Positions 1 to 11,800 of a stretch of DNA of 64,000 nucleotides are shown here, piece by piece (position 1 is the first letter of the stretch; each line of letters starts with the position of its first letter). The stretch comes from Macrostomum lignano (taxonomy: Eukaryota): the NCBI GenBank assembly GCA_002269645.1, contig NIVC01001180.1:186001-250000 (forward strand). Direction: 5' to 3'. The notes below the pieces were generated by a model, which was not told the DNA's origin, searched no databases, and worked only from the letters and a program-made list of their open reading frames with translations. The translations under genes were made by a program, and so were the position numbers.

Positions 1-1300
1 TGAAGAACAGCCATCGACATCGTATTCTAGTACTTTGTAACCACCTTCTTATACTTTTGTTGAATTTTTGGCATTGTTTTAAGAACTGAAACGTATTTTT
101 TACATCAAAATATAGCTTTCATGCGAATAGCAATAGCAGCCATAGATCTTATGCTCCCTAGATAGGCCACTTTATTTCGGCAATCGAGAAATTGGGACTA
201 ACAAACTAAGAATAATGCATGCACTCCAGAGACTACTGGCAAAATTGAGTTCAGTAGTCGATTTTCGCGCTTTAGCGAGTTGCAAAGCTTCTCACATTGG
301 CTTTTATGGCCAGCCTAGAAGCTTAAATTAGAGTGATGCCTTAGTCTACGGCCCTAGCAGACATGGAGACCCAATTATGATCCGTTGATGATTTTATTTT
401 GGAATTCAAGCATTCATTTTAGGACAATGGCAATCATATTCAACCAATACTTTTACTTTCGTCTATGGTCAAAACACCGTCTGGTCTATGGCACAGGGAC
501 GGGTAACCAGGGACGGGTAAAGACACTGACATTGTGTTTAAGACACAGAGAACAGTTAAATTAACACAAGTCATACTCATATGGCTTGTAAATGGAGCTG
601 GGAGCCCATCAGACCAAATAAATATAACAGGATTGGCGTTCCATGGTACACTGCAGAGAATTGCGGAGTCAGGCTTGAATGTCATCACGATTTGCTCACA
701 CACTGCGCTTCCTGCCTCTCTGTTGGCCCGCCCGTGAAAACATCTGATTGAGCACAAATGCGGTCTGACAGTTTCTTAACAGTTTTAGTTTCGACTTGTT
801 CGCTATGTGCAACACAGAATGCTAATTCACTCTATCACTTTTTCGCTTTCTGCGTCACAAAATACACAATTCGTCTGTCTATTGTTTAAAAAATTTCTCA
901 AGTCTAAATTTTACTGCTCGATGTCTTGAATTCAATGCTCTCCCCATTCACGGTTTTGGCCATAGACAGTCGCCGAAGCATGGGTTGAATATGTTTGGCC
1001 GTGTATTAAATTGAATGCTTAGGTCTTCTTAAAAACTGAAAGATGATATATTATTTTTAGTACTTACTAATCCTGAATGGTGAAACATTACTTAGCTGCA
1101 TAGTTGCAGATGGCCCTACTATGAGCTGGTGGAATCGCTAACTGTATAACCATGCTTGGGTGCAAATTCTGTTCGGTAATTTAGCAGCAATTGGTCTCGC
1201 GGCTTCAATGGCATCATTTTTTGGTAAGGCTGACTCAAATTTATTTAAAAATTAGCTTGGTGTGTCTGAATTTTACCGCCATTGGAGATAAAGCATCATA

Positions 1301-1710
1301 TGTTAGACAGGAGTCCATGACCTCTAGAATAGAACCTGCCACCTGTTAGACAGGAGTCCATGACCTCTAGAATAGAACCTTCCACCTGTTAGACAGGAGT
1401 CCATGACCTCTAGAATAGAACCTGCCACTTGTTAGACAGGAGTCCATGACCTCTAGAATAGAACCTGCCACTTGTTAGACAGGAGTCCATGACCTCTAGA
1501 ATAGAACCTGCCACCTGTTAGACAGGAGTCCATGACCTCTAGAATAGAGCCTGCCACCTGTTAGACAGGAGTCCATGACCTCTAGAATAGAGCCTGCCAC
1601 CTGTTAGACAGGAGTCCATGACCTCTAGAATAGAACCTGCCACCTGTTAGGCAGGAGTCCATGACCTCTAGAATAGAACCTGCCACCTGTTAGGCAGGAG
1701 TCCATGACCT
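1301..1710. repeat. 43-bp minisatellite, about 9.5 copies
   Basis: Unit TGTTAGACAGGAGTCCATGACCTCTAGAATAGAACCTGCCACC repeated head-to-tail from 1301 (second copy at 1344); no spacers. Confidence 0.95.
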
Positions 1711-1743
1711 GCAGAAAATGCGAATAGCCCTAAATATCCCATA

Positions 1744-1962
1744 ATGAAACCCTCAGTGTCAATAATAATCGCGGCCCTGCCGCTGATGACCCTGGCGGCA
1801 ATGATCGCCCTGGCCCTGATCGCTGTCTATGGCCTGCAGACTCTGCTGGTGCAGATCGACTTCGATCAGCAGTCGAGTCGGGCGGCCACAGCCGAGAGGC
1901 AGCGAGTCCGACTGACGCTGGGGCACGAGGATCGCGTGTCCCGGGCCGAGATGGAAGTCTAG
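1744..1962 (+). CDS. Candidate 72-aa single-pass membrane or secreted microprotein
   Basis: ATG..TAG ORF with the C/G-ending codon bias of the host exons (gcc ctg atc ggc ctg cag) inside AT-rich flanks; hydrophobic residues 5-37 then a charged tail. No recognised family. Confidence 0.4.
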   Translation: MKPSVSIIIAALPLMTLAAMIALALIAVYGLQTLLVQIDFDQQSSRAATAERQRVRLTLGHEDRVSRAEMEV

Positions 1963-2099
1963 CCCAGCGCTGTTCAAGGGCAGTCGGAAGCTCGATCTGG
2001 CATGCTTTGAGAACAGGAGCGTTCTTTAAGAACATTTAGATGCAGCTACTAAACCCATAAAACAGTTCCATAGCATTAGCTTGCGTTCCGAATATTTAA

Positions 2100-2935
2100 T
2101 AAGATTTGAGGGATTCATGAAGATTGGCGAGGGATTCATAAAAATTGGCGAGGGTTTCATGAAGATTTGCGAGGGTTTCATGAAGATTGGCGAGGGTTTT
2201 TTGAAGATTTGCAAAGGTTTCATGAAGATTAGCGAGGGTTTCGTAAGATTGACAAAGGTTTCATGAAGATTGGCCAAGGTTTCATGAAGATTCGCAAAGG
2301 TTTCATGAAGATTCGCAAAGGTTTCATGAAGGTTACCAAATGTTTTATGAATATTGGCAAAGGTTTCATGAAGATTCGCAAAGGTTTCATGAAGATTGAC
2401 AAAGGTTTCATAAAGATTGGCAAAGGTTTCATGAAGATTGACAAAGGTTTCATGAAGATTGACAAAGGTTTCATGAAGATTACCAAAGGTTTCATGAAGA
2501 TTACCAAAGGTTTCATGAAGGTTACCAAATGTTTTATGAAGATTACCAAAGGTTTAATGAAGATTGACAAAGGTTTAATGAAGATTGACAAAGGTTTCAT
2601 GAAGATTGACAAAGGTTTCATAAATATTGGCAAAGGTTTCATGAAGATTACCAAAGGTTTCATGAAGATTGACAAAGGTTTCATGAAGATTACCAAAGGT
2701 TTCATGAAGATTGACAAAGGTTTCATGAAGATTACCAAAGGTTTCATGAAGATTACCAAAGGTTTCATGAAGATTACCAAAGGTTTCATGAAGATTGACA
2801 AAGGTTTCATGAAGATTGACAAAGGTTTCATGAAGATTGACAAAGGTTTCATGAAGATTGACAAAGGTTTCATGAAGATTGACAAAGGTTTCATGAAGAT
2901 GGACAAAGGTTTCATGAAGACTGGCGAGGCTTTCA
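2100..2935. repeat. 21-bp minisatellite (AAAGGTTTCATGAAGATTGAC), about 40 copies
   Basis: Direct reading; accounts for the periodic ORFs 2229..2915, 2263..2946 and 2575..2958. Confidence 0.95.
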
Positions 2936-3451
2936 GGATTTCTTAGCTCAAAAAGCAAATGCTCCTATATCCAATGTACTTCTACACGCAGGTAGATTCA
3001 AAGTAAAGAATTGAGTATTATCAGGTGCATATATTGTGTTAGCTATAGTAGGTTGTGATGACTTCTCAACTGCATAATAGTTTTATTATTTAATTATAAG
3101 GGAATGCAATGCAGTTTTTTAGCAACCGTTTTGTCTTCTGTAGAACCTAGCAACACGTAGCTTTTTTCTTTAAATATTCGAAATAAACGACAGGTTTCTT
3201 TAAGCAAAAGTATGAGCAAATTGAATTTCATCCAGAGAAACGAGGAGTAATCATTGATTTGGATTGTCGATATTTGTCATTTTTTGATTATGAAAACAGG
3301 TATTCCATAGCATTGACTGCTCATTCATGCATATGAATCCATTTAAAAGTTGATCAAGAATATTGTTTTCATATTTTTGTATATTTTTAGATTGCGCAAT
3401 TCAAGTACAGCTTGCTTATTGATTAGAAATCAACTCAGACTGAAATAATGT

Positions 3452-3543
3452 ACGTCACGTGACCTCAAGACCGACAAACTGATTTCAGCCAATCAGAATG
3501 GAACGGCAAAACCTTCTCTCATCCAGATGCCGAAGTATAAATA
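3452..3543 (+). promoter_or_regulatory. Pol II promoter of the nucleoplasmin gene: CRE/E-box, CCAAT box, TATA box
   Basis: ACGTCACGTGAC 3452-3463, AGCCAATCAGA 3487-3497, TATAAATA 3536-3543, in canonical order upstream of ATG 3599. Confidence 0.65.
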
Positions 3544-3598
3544 CTATGCCATAAGGCAAGAAAATTGCTCTAAGTCATCGTAGCTTCATTCATCAGCC

Positions 3599-4537
3599 AT
3601 GTCGGCAGAACTGGCCCAGTGCATCAGCAACAGTGTGCAGCAGTCTGCTGCCCGGCAGCAGGTGTCATTCTACTTCTGGAACTGCCAGCTCACTGCGGCC
3701 AAAGCCAGGTACAGCTGGGAGCCGGAGCGGTGCTACACTGCCGGCATTGAGAAGCGCGAGAATTCCAAGCGTCACCATGGCGACGGAAATGGCCATAAAA
3801 AAACAGCTGACAGGACAAAAATTAACGATGAAAAAAATCTGACGCCGAATGGCAACGAGGACGAGGTGGCCGAGTTGAACGGCGAGGCCGCCGCCGACGC
3901 CGACTTCATGCAGCACGTGCTGAAGGTGAACGCCTGCATCCTGGGTCCCAAAGCCACCGGCGTCCACCTGATCGCCGTGCGCACCAAGTGCTACGGACAG
4001 GACGAGCCGGACACCTGTCCGATAGTGTGCATCGATCCGGACAGTCAGCGGACGGTCAGCCTCGGCTACGAGTTCGTGCTGGACAGCCAGAACGAGGTGA
4101 CCTTCGAGCTGGCCGAGGGCGCCGGTCCCGTGTGGCTCACCGGCCTGCACCAGGTGCGCGTGCACGACCCTGACGACGACGGAGACGCCGCCGACGGGCA
4201 GATCAATGAGGAGGCCGGCGATGACGACGGCGAAAGCGACGGATTGGACGCGATCGACGATTCATCACGATTTCGACTGGCTGGAGCAAAAATCGACGAG
4301 TTCGAGGAGGACGAAGAAGAAGAAGAAGAAGAAGAAGAGGAGGAAGAGGAGATTAGTGATGAAGATGAGGCTGAAGACGAGGAGGCGTCGCCAAAAAAAG
4401 CGAAGCCGAAGACCGGCAAGCGATCGCCGATCACCACTGCGCAGTTGCGCAGACGGAAACGGCGACGCCTTGCCAGAGAGGAGAGCGACGGAACCGACGA
4501 AGAGGGCGATGACAACTGCGAGTCGGCTGACGTTTGA
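3599..4537 (+). CDS. Nucleoplasmin/nucleophosmin-family histone chaperone, 312 aa, intronless
   Basis: Core motifs FYFWNCQLTAAKARYSW, HVLKVNACILG, RTVSLGYEF and FELAEGAGPVWLTGLH match the nucleoplasmin beta-sandwich (FWGCEL...HQL...PTVSLG...GSGPVYVSGQH); long Asp/Glu tract; basic NLS-like PKKAKPKTGKR and RRRKRRR; candidate polyA signals ATTAAA 4553 and AATAAA 4725. Confidence 0.88.
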   Translation: MSAELAQCISNSVQQSAARQQVSFYFWNCQLTAAKARYSWEPERCYTAGIEKRENSKRHHGDGNGHKKTADRTKINDEKNLTPNGNEDEVAELNGEAAADADFMQHVLKVNACILGPKATGVHLIAVRTKCYGQDEPDTCPIVCIDPDSQRTVSLGYEFVLDSQNEVTFELAEGAGPVWLTGLHQVRVHDPDDDGDAADGQINEEAGDDDGESDGLDAIDDSSRFRLAGAKIDEFEEDEEEEEEEEEEEEEISDEDEAEDEEASPKKAKPKTGKRSPITTAQLRRRKRRRLAREESDGTDEEGDDNCESADV

Positions 4538-4771
4538 CTTGATTATAAATCTATTAAACTCTTCAACATTTATCTGACTTTATGCCACATGCCACATGAA
4601 TTGCTATTTATTGTTTACACTGAGAAAGTTAAAGCGTTTTTTTCCTGTAGTTTATCTAACATCCTATTTAAGTAAGTAGAATTGTATCAAATTTACAAAC
4701 CATGAATGAACTCGCGACTGACCAAATAAATCGTAAATCTATGATTTAAACTACTTCATCGCTTTTGCTAT

Positions 4772-5400
4772 AGCTTTTTGCAGTCCATTTGTGCCTACAC
4801 GCATCCTGAGAATTCCTTTCAAGATATACTTGCCAAAGTAATGGAGCTGCAGTCTATTGGCTGGCTGGCAAGGCTGGCACAGCAGCATTCAATTTTGTCC
4901 GAAAAGAATCAATTTTGTCCATACAACGGCTCTGTAGTTTTACCCCTCAAGCAGTGAGAATGGACGTAATGTTTCATTTACAGCTGCTTCAGAGGAGCAA
5001 GTTCAGTCCCAAAAGTGAGGACCATATACTCGTATTCTAGACTCTAACGAACGCCATATGGGCTCGTGATCGAAGCGGAGTTTTGACCATGTAATATAAA
5101 GATCTTTTTGTTTTTGTTACAATTGAGCAGATTGAATTTTTGAAGTCACCCTGTGCATGTATTGGTACAGAGAAATTAGCTTAAATAAATTTAATGCATC
5201 ACACAGCCGTAACTCATGATTGGGTTTCACAGACGCTATATGGACCAAATTGATGCTTTTTGGACCAAATGCTGCTTGTGCCAACCTTGCTACCATTAGA
5301 CAAAAGCTTCGTCGTTACTTTGGCAATAATATCTTGGATTAATTACAGGTTACAGCGCGTATCCTCCATGGTATAAGCCCAAATGGGCTGCAAAAAAGCT
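4772..5400. mobile_element. Old diverged foldback/MITE with about 160-bp imperfect inverted arms
   Basis: Left AGCTTTTTGCAGTCCATTTG..CAAGATATACTTGCCAAAGTAA..GGCACAGCAGCATT..TTGTCCATA is mirrored by the reverse complement of 5228-5400 (TATGGACC..AATGCTGCTTGTGCC..TTACTTTGGCAATAATATCTTG..CAAATGGGCTGCAAAAAAGCT). Confidence 0.6.
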
Positions 5401-5826
5401 TTGTTGAAATGCATAAAAGACTTGCTCAAAAGGACTCATTCTTACTATGTGATGCCTTCGAAATTTAACTTAATGTTTGGGCTTTTAATATATAAAAAGA
5501 AGAAGAAAAACTCTAAAAGATCTAATAAAAATAAATAAAGCCTTAGACTGCTTTACTTTTGTGTGATTTTTGTTATATTTTACACGATAATTTTGGAAAA
5601 AATTTGATTACAATTATTTTACAAGAACTTTAACCGCTAATTTCTAGAACCGGCTTAGTTTAGTGCTTCAGATTGCTAAAACTAGCTGACTGTTTAGTGA
5701 AGTTTTATAGTTGGCTTGATATATTTATAAAAATAATTGCAGTCTTTATTTTAAACTTCGCTGTATCTTTTGAGTATCGTTTTGTGTTTGCTCTAATGCT
5801 CTTCAAAGTAAAAGCCGGATAACTCC

Positions 5827-8800
5827 ATGTCTGCTATGGCATTGGATACATGTATTTTAACTGAAGATTTAGAAATATACGTTCGACAGAAATGGATTAC
5901 TGTGACTGTATCTTTACACGAGGATTCTCTAATTATTTTTATACCTGCGTCAGCAGCAGCAGAAAACTTATCAAAGAGCGATGCAACTAAAAATGGCGAG
6001 GTTGACATTGATAGTTCTCCAAGTCAAAGAGCTGGAGCAGAATCTTCATCAGGTGCAAAACAGAACCAGTTAGCAAAAGTTGGCTCGTCGGATGATGCAT
6101 CTAAATCCGAAGGAAGTTTTTCTAAAAGTTTTCAGCCAAGTTTAGCGCAAGAGTCATCACAAAAGGGAGCATCACAAACATTCCAAAATGACCAAAGACA
6201 GCAAAAGTCGGACACTTCAAAGGACAAGTCAGGAGGAGATGCATTCAAGTCTACAAATGGTCCCTCTGATGCAAATGATGCAATATCAAATGGTGCTAAT
6301 GATAACCATGGAGCTAAAGGTAATAAATTTGCATTTTTAGACTAATAAAATATTTCTCTCTTCCTTTATTAATTTTAGAATACCTACAATTTTAATTTGT
6401 CTAGATTATAGGAATTGCATCGATTTATCATGGGCCACCAAATTGATAAAACTGTACAAGTATTTTAGTATTATACCATAGTAAAGAAATTATATTGTTT
6501 TAAATACTAAAAATTTCAAAGCTAAATTTTTGCTATTAAATACAATAGTAAAATTGAATAAAATATATAAATAATGCTTACATTGTACTGACCTTAAAAG
6601 AATATGTTATATATATTCTAGATTATAGTCTAAATATAAATTTAGCAAATTTTAGTTCACTAATGATGATAAACATATAAAAATAAGTGTGCCTAAAAAT
6701 AAGCTTCTTATCTCAAAAAAAGTTTCTTAGCAGTTACAAATCATAGCTGATTTTGTCAAAATTTCCAATATAGTAAATATATTAACTATCAAGCCTTTGT
6801 TGATACCATGGGTCTCTACAAAAACATTTGGTTGCTTAATAGAAATATTAGAAATGTTATAGTTATATCTGGAAAATTTTATACTAACTCCTAAAGCTAT
6901 ATTTCATGCCAATTTCCTTCTAAACATTTTAAAAAATCAGTTGCATTAAAACTTATTCAAAAATTTTTGTATGATATTGCTTTAGACACAAATCAGCTAA
7001 AAAATCCCACTTGAACTGCCCTGCCCAGATCCCGTAACGCAGTCACCCCCAATGGATGCGCCGTCCTCGCAGAAGCGCCTGGTGCGCATCGTGAAGGAGG
7101 AGGGCACCGGCCTGGGCATCAGCATCAAAGGCGGCCGGGAGAACAAGATGCCAATTCTGATCAGCAAAATCTTCGCCGGCATGTCGGCCGACAAGTCCGG
7201 GGCTCTCTACGTTGGCGACGCGATTCTGTCCGTCAACGGCGAGGATCTGCGCGAGGCCAGCCACGACGACGCCGTCAAGGCATTGAAAAAGGCCGGCAAG
7301 GTTGTGGAACTGGAGGTGAAATTCCTGCGGGAGGTCACGCCGTACTTCCGGAAGCCGACAGCCGCCACATTGGCCGAGGTTGGCTGGGGCGGCCCAGCCG
7401 AGACAGTTCCTGCTCAGCCTGCTGGTGTGAGTGCTCGGAATGGGAGGGATTTCCCCTTCCATGGGCGAGCCTCCCAGATCCACAGTTGCTGGGCAGCCAG
7501 CCTCCCAGATCCCCAGTTGCTGGGCCAGCCTCCCAGATCCTCAGTTGCTGGGCAGCCAGCCTCCCAGATCCTCAGTTGCTGGGCAGCCAGCCTCCCAGAT
7601 CCTCAGTTGCTGGGCAGCCAGCCTCCCAGATCCTCAGTTGCTGAGCAGCCAGCCTCCCAGATCCTCAGTTGCTGAGCAGCCAGCCTCCCAGATCCTCAGT
7701 TGCTGGGCAGCCAGCCTCCCAGATCCTCAGTTGCTGGGTCAGTCTCCCAAATCCTCAGTTGCTGGGTCAGTCTCCCAGATCCTCAGTTGCTGGGTCAGTC
7801 TCCCAGATCCTCAGTTGCTGGGTCAGTCTCCCAGATCCTCAGTTGCTGGGTCAGTCTCCCAGATCCTCAGTTGCTGGGTCAGTCTCCCAGATCCTCAGTT
7901 GCTGGGCCAGTCTCCCAGATCCACAGTTGCTGGGCCAGCCTCCCAGATCCTCAGTTGCTGAGCAGCCAGCCTCCCAGATCCTCAGTTGCTGGGCTACTTA
8001 CTCCTCACAAAAGAGAACAAAACAAACGTTTGATATTAAAAAAACTGGAATAATTATGAATACTTCAAGTAACATGGCATCCAACCACAAATCGTGACTG
8101 AACTGCAGCAACAGCATCAGCAGCAGCAGCAGCAGCAGCAGCAGCCGCCGCAGTCGCAGGCGTCAGCTTCATCAGCTCCTTCGGCCTCGTCAACGACAGG
8201 CGCCGCCGGCTCTGTCGGGAGCTCTGCCGGCGCAGGCGAGCGCCGCAGCGTGCCGCTCCGCCTGAGCTACCTGTGCCGCGGCCTCAGCCTGCCGGACCCC
8301 GGCCGCTGCTGTCTGGAGCTGCACAGCCCCTGCTGCAAGCGCTCCTGCCTGCTGCGCTGCCCGACGCCCGAACGGGCCAACGTCTGGTTCGCTGCACTGC
8401 ACGCCCAGATCGACCTGCTGACTGCCGCCTGTCTGGCTGAGCTGAATCGGGTGCTGCCGGCCAGCCAGGAGGTCAAACAGATGGGCTGGCTGGCTGAGCA
8501 GGTGAGGATTTTCAATTAGCAGAAGCAAATACAACAATGGGAACGATGGGTTGCTGGGCCATCGCCACCCTCCAAGATCCTTAGAAAATGTAGAATAGTC
8601 AGCTTGTTGACTTGCCTAATTAAGAAAGATTTTTCTAAAAAAATACTCGGTTTCTTGTCATTTTACTTTAGTCGTCCTTGTACTGGCTTAAGGGGTGGGT
8701 TTTGAAGTTATGCACCAGACTGCCATTCCTATAAAACTGCCAGACTCAACTGCCATTCCTATAAAACTGCCAGACTCAACTGCCATTCCTATAAAACTGC

Positions 8801-11800
8801 CAGACTCAACTGCCATTCCTATAAAACTGCCAGACTCAACTGCCATTCCTATAAAACTGCCAATCTAAACAACTGCCATTCCTATAAAACTGCCAGACTC
8901 AACTGCCATTCCTATAAAACTGCCAGACTCAACTGCCATTCCTATAAAACTGCCAGACTCAACTGCCATTCCTATAAAACTGCCAGACTCAACTGCCATT
9001 CCTATAAAACTGCCAATCTAAACAACTGCCATTCCTATAAAACTGCCAGACTCAACTGCCGTTCCTATAAAACTGCCAATCTAAACAACTGCCATTCCTA
9101 TAAAACTGCCAGACTCAACTGCCATTCCTATAAAACTGCCAGACTCAACTGCCATTCCTATAAAACTGCCAGACTCAACTGCCATTCCTATAAAACTGCC
9201 AGACTCAACTGCCATTCCTATAAAACTGCCAATCTAAACAACTGCCATTCCTATAAAACTGCCAATCTAAAAAGCTGCCATTCCTATAAAACTGCCAATC
9301 TAAAGGCTGCCACTCCTATAAAACTGCCAATCTAAAAGCTGCCATTCCTATAAAACTGCCAATCTAAAAAGCTGCCATTCCTATAAAACTGCCAATCTAA
9401 AAAGCTGCCATTCCTATAAAACTGCCAATCTAAAAGCTGCCATTTAAAACTGCCAATCTAAAAAGCTGCCATTCCTATAAAACTGCCAATCTAAAAAGCT
9501 GCCATTCCTATAAAACTGCCAATCTAAAAGCTGCCATTTAAAACTGCCAATCTAAAAAGCTGCCATTCCTATAAAACTGCCAATCTAAAAGCTGCCATTC
9601 CTATAAAACTGCCTATCTAAAAGCTGCCATTCCTATAAAACTGCCAATCTAAAAGCTCCCATTCCTATAAAACTGCCTATCTAAAAGCTGCCATTCCTAT
9701 AAAACTGCCAATCTAAAAGCTGCCATTTAAAACTGCCAATCTAAAAAGCTGCCATTCCTATAAAACTGCCAATCTAAAAAGCTGCCATTCCTATAAAACT
9801 GCCAATCTAAAAGCTGCCATTTAAAACTGCCAATCTAAAAAGCTGCCATTCCTATAAAACTGCCAATCTAAAAAGCTGCCATTCCTATAAAACTGCCAAT
9901 CTAAAAGCTGCCATTTAAAACTGCCAATCTAAAAAGCTGCCATTCCTATAAAACTGCCAATCTAAAAGCTGCCATTCCTATAAAACTGCCAATCTAAAGG
10001 CTGCCATTCCTATAAAACTGCCAATTTAAAAGCTGCCATTCCTATAAAACTGCCAATCTAAAAAGCTGCCATTCCTATAAAACTGCCAATCTAAAAGCTG
10101 CCATTTAAAACTGCCAATCTAAAAAGCTGCCATTCCTATAAAACTGCCAATCTAAAAAGCTGCCATTCCTATAAAACTGCCAATCTAAAAGCTGCCATTT
10201 AAAACTGCCAATCTAAAAAGCTGCCATTCCTATAAAACTGCCAATCTAAAAAGCTGCCATTCCTATAAAACTGCCAATCTAAAGGCTGCCATTCCTATAA
10301 AACTGCCAATTTAAAAGCTGCCATTCCTATAAAACTGCCAATCTAAAAAGCTGCCATTCCTATAAAACTGCCAATCTAAAAGCTGCCATTTAAAACTGCC
10401 AATCTAAAAAGCTGCCATTCCTATAAAACTGCCAATCTAAAAAGCTGCCATTCCTATAAAACTGCCAATCTAAAAGCTGCCATTTAAAACTGCCAATCTA
10501 AAAAGCTGCCATTCCTATAAAACTGCCAATCTAAAAGCTGCCATTCCTATAAAACTGCCTATCTAAAAGCTGCCATTCCTATAAAACTGCCAATCTAAAA
10601 GCTCCCATTCCTATAAAACTGCCTATCTAAAAGCTGCCATTCCTATAAAACTGCCAATCTAAAAGCTGCCATTTAAAACTGCCAATCTAAAAAGCTGCCA
10701 TTCCTATAAAACTGCCAATCTAAAAAGCTGCCATTCCTATAAAACTGCCAATCTAAAAGCTGCCATTTAAAACTGCCAATCTAAAAAGCTGCCATTCCTA
10801 TAAAACTGCCAATCTAAAAAGCTGCCATTCCTATAAAACTGCCAATCTAAAAGCTGCCATTTAAAACTGCCAATCTAAAAAGCTGCCATTCCTATAAAAC
10901 TGCCAATCTAAAAGCTGCCATTCCTATAAAACTGCCAATCTAAAAGCTGCCATTCCTATAAAACTGCCAATCTAAAAGCTGCCATTCCTATAAAACTGCC
11001 AATCTAAAAGCTGCCATTCCTATAAAACTGCCAATCTAAAAAGCTGCCATTCCTATAAAACTGCCAATCTAAAAGCTGCCATTTAAAACTGCCAATCTAA
11101 AAAGCTGCCATTCCTATAAAACTGGCAATCTAAAAGCTGCCATTCCTATAAAACTGCCAATCTAAAAGCTGCCACACCGCATCGGAATTCTGCCTTGCCA
11201 CTGCGCAGTTTCGAATCCGGCCCGCCCATCATAGTTTTCGTAGAAATCTCCTGTCATATTTTTTAATCAGTTTTTATGGCGCTGGAAGGCGGGGACTGCG
11301 CGCAGCGTTTTAACAGCCTGGCTTGTTTTATGGCTCTTCAGTTCATGCGATGGGTTTCCAACCGCCTAATTCCTAATCCTGCTTGATTGCGAGTATCATC
11401 GGTATTCCGTAGTTGGATCCTTCTTGTGCGAACTTTTTTTACTGCCGACTTAGCGGTTCAGTCTAATAAAGACGACTATGATGGCAGAAATTTTTTTGGA
11501 AAATTTGAAGAAAAAACTTGGCTGGAAAAAATTGCGATTCTATTCATAATGTAGATTTCGTGTGGAGGGGAGCAGGCCTCAGCCTGCAGCTTTTCGTAGA
11601 ATAATTTAGTTTGCTTTTTTGCCCTTGGAAACCGTTTTCCCCACCGAAATTTACATTGCCACTCACTTATTGCCTCATTCACTCATTTCCATTCACTCAT
11701 TGCCATTCACTCACTGCCATTCACTCACTGTCATTCACTCACTGCAATTCACTCACTGCCATTCACTCACTGCCATTCACTCACTGCCATTCACTCACTG

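Noticed and set aside
1301-1710. CRISPR-like regularly spaced repeats (also 40645-41545 and 50714-51205)
   Set aside because: Head-to-tail units without unique spacers, eukaryotic context, no cas genes.
3665-4577. Overlapping and antisense ORFs over nucleoplasmin (likewise over the syntrophin, CGRRF1 and PNP exons)
   Set aside because: Shadow ORFs produced by GC3-rich codon usage of the real genes.
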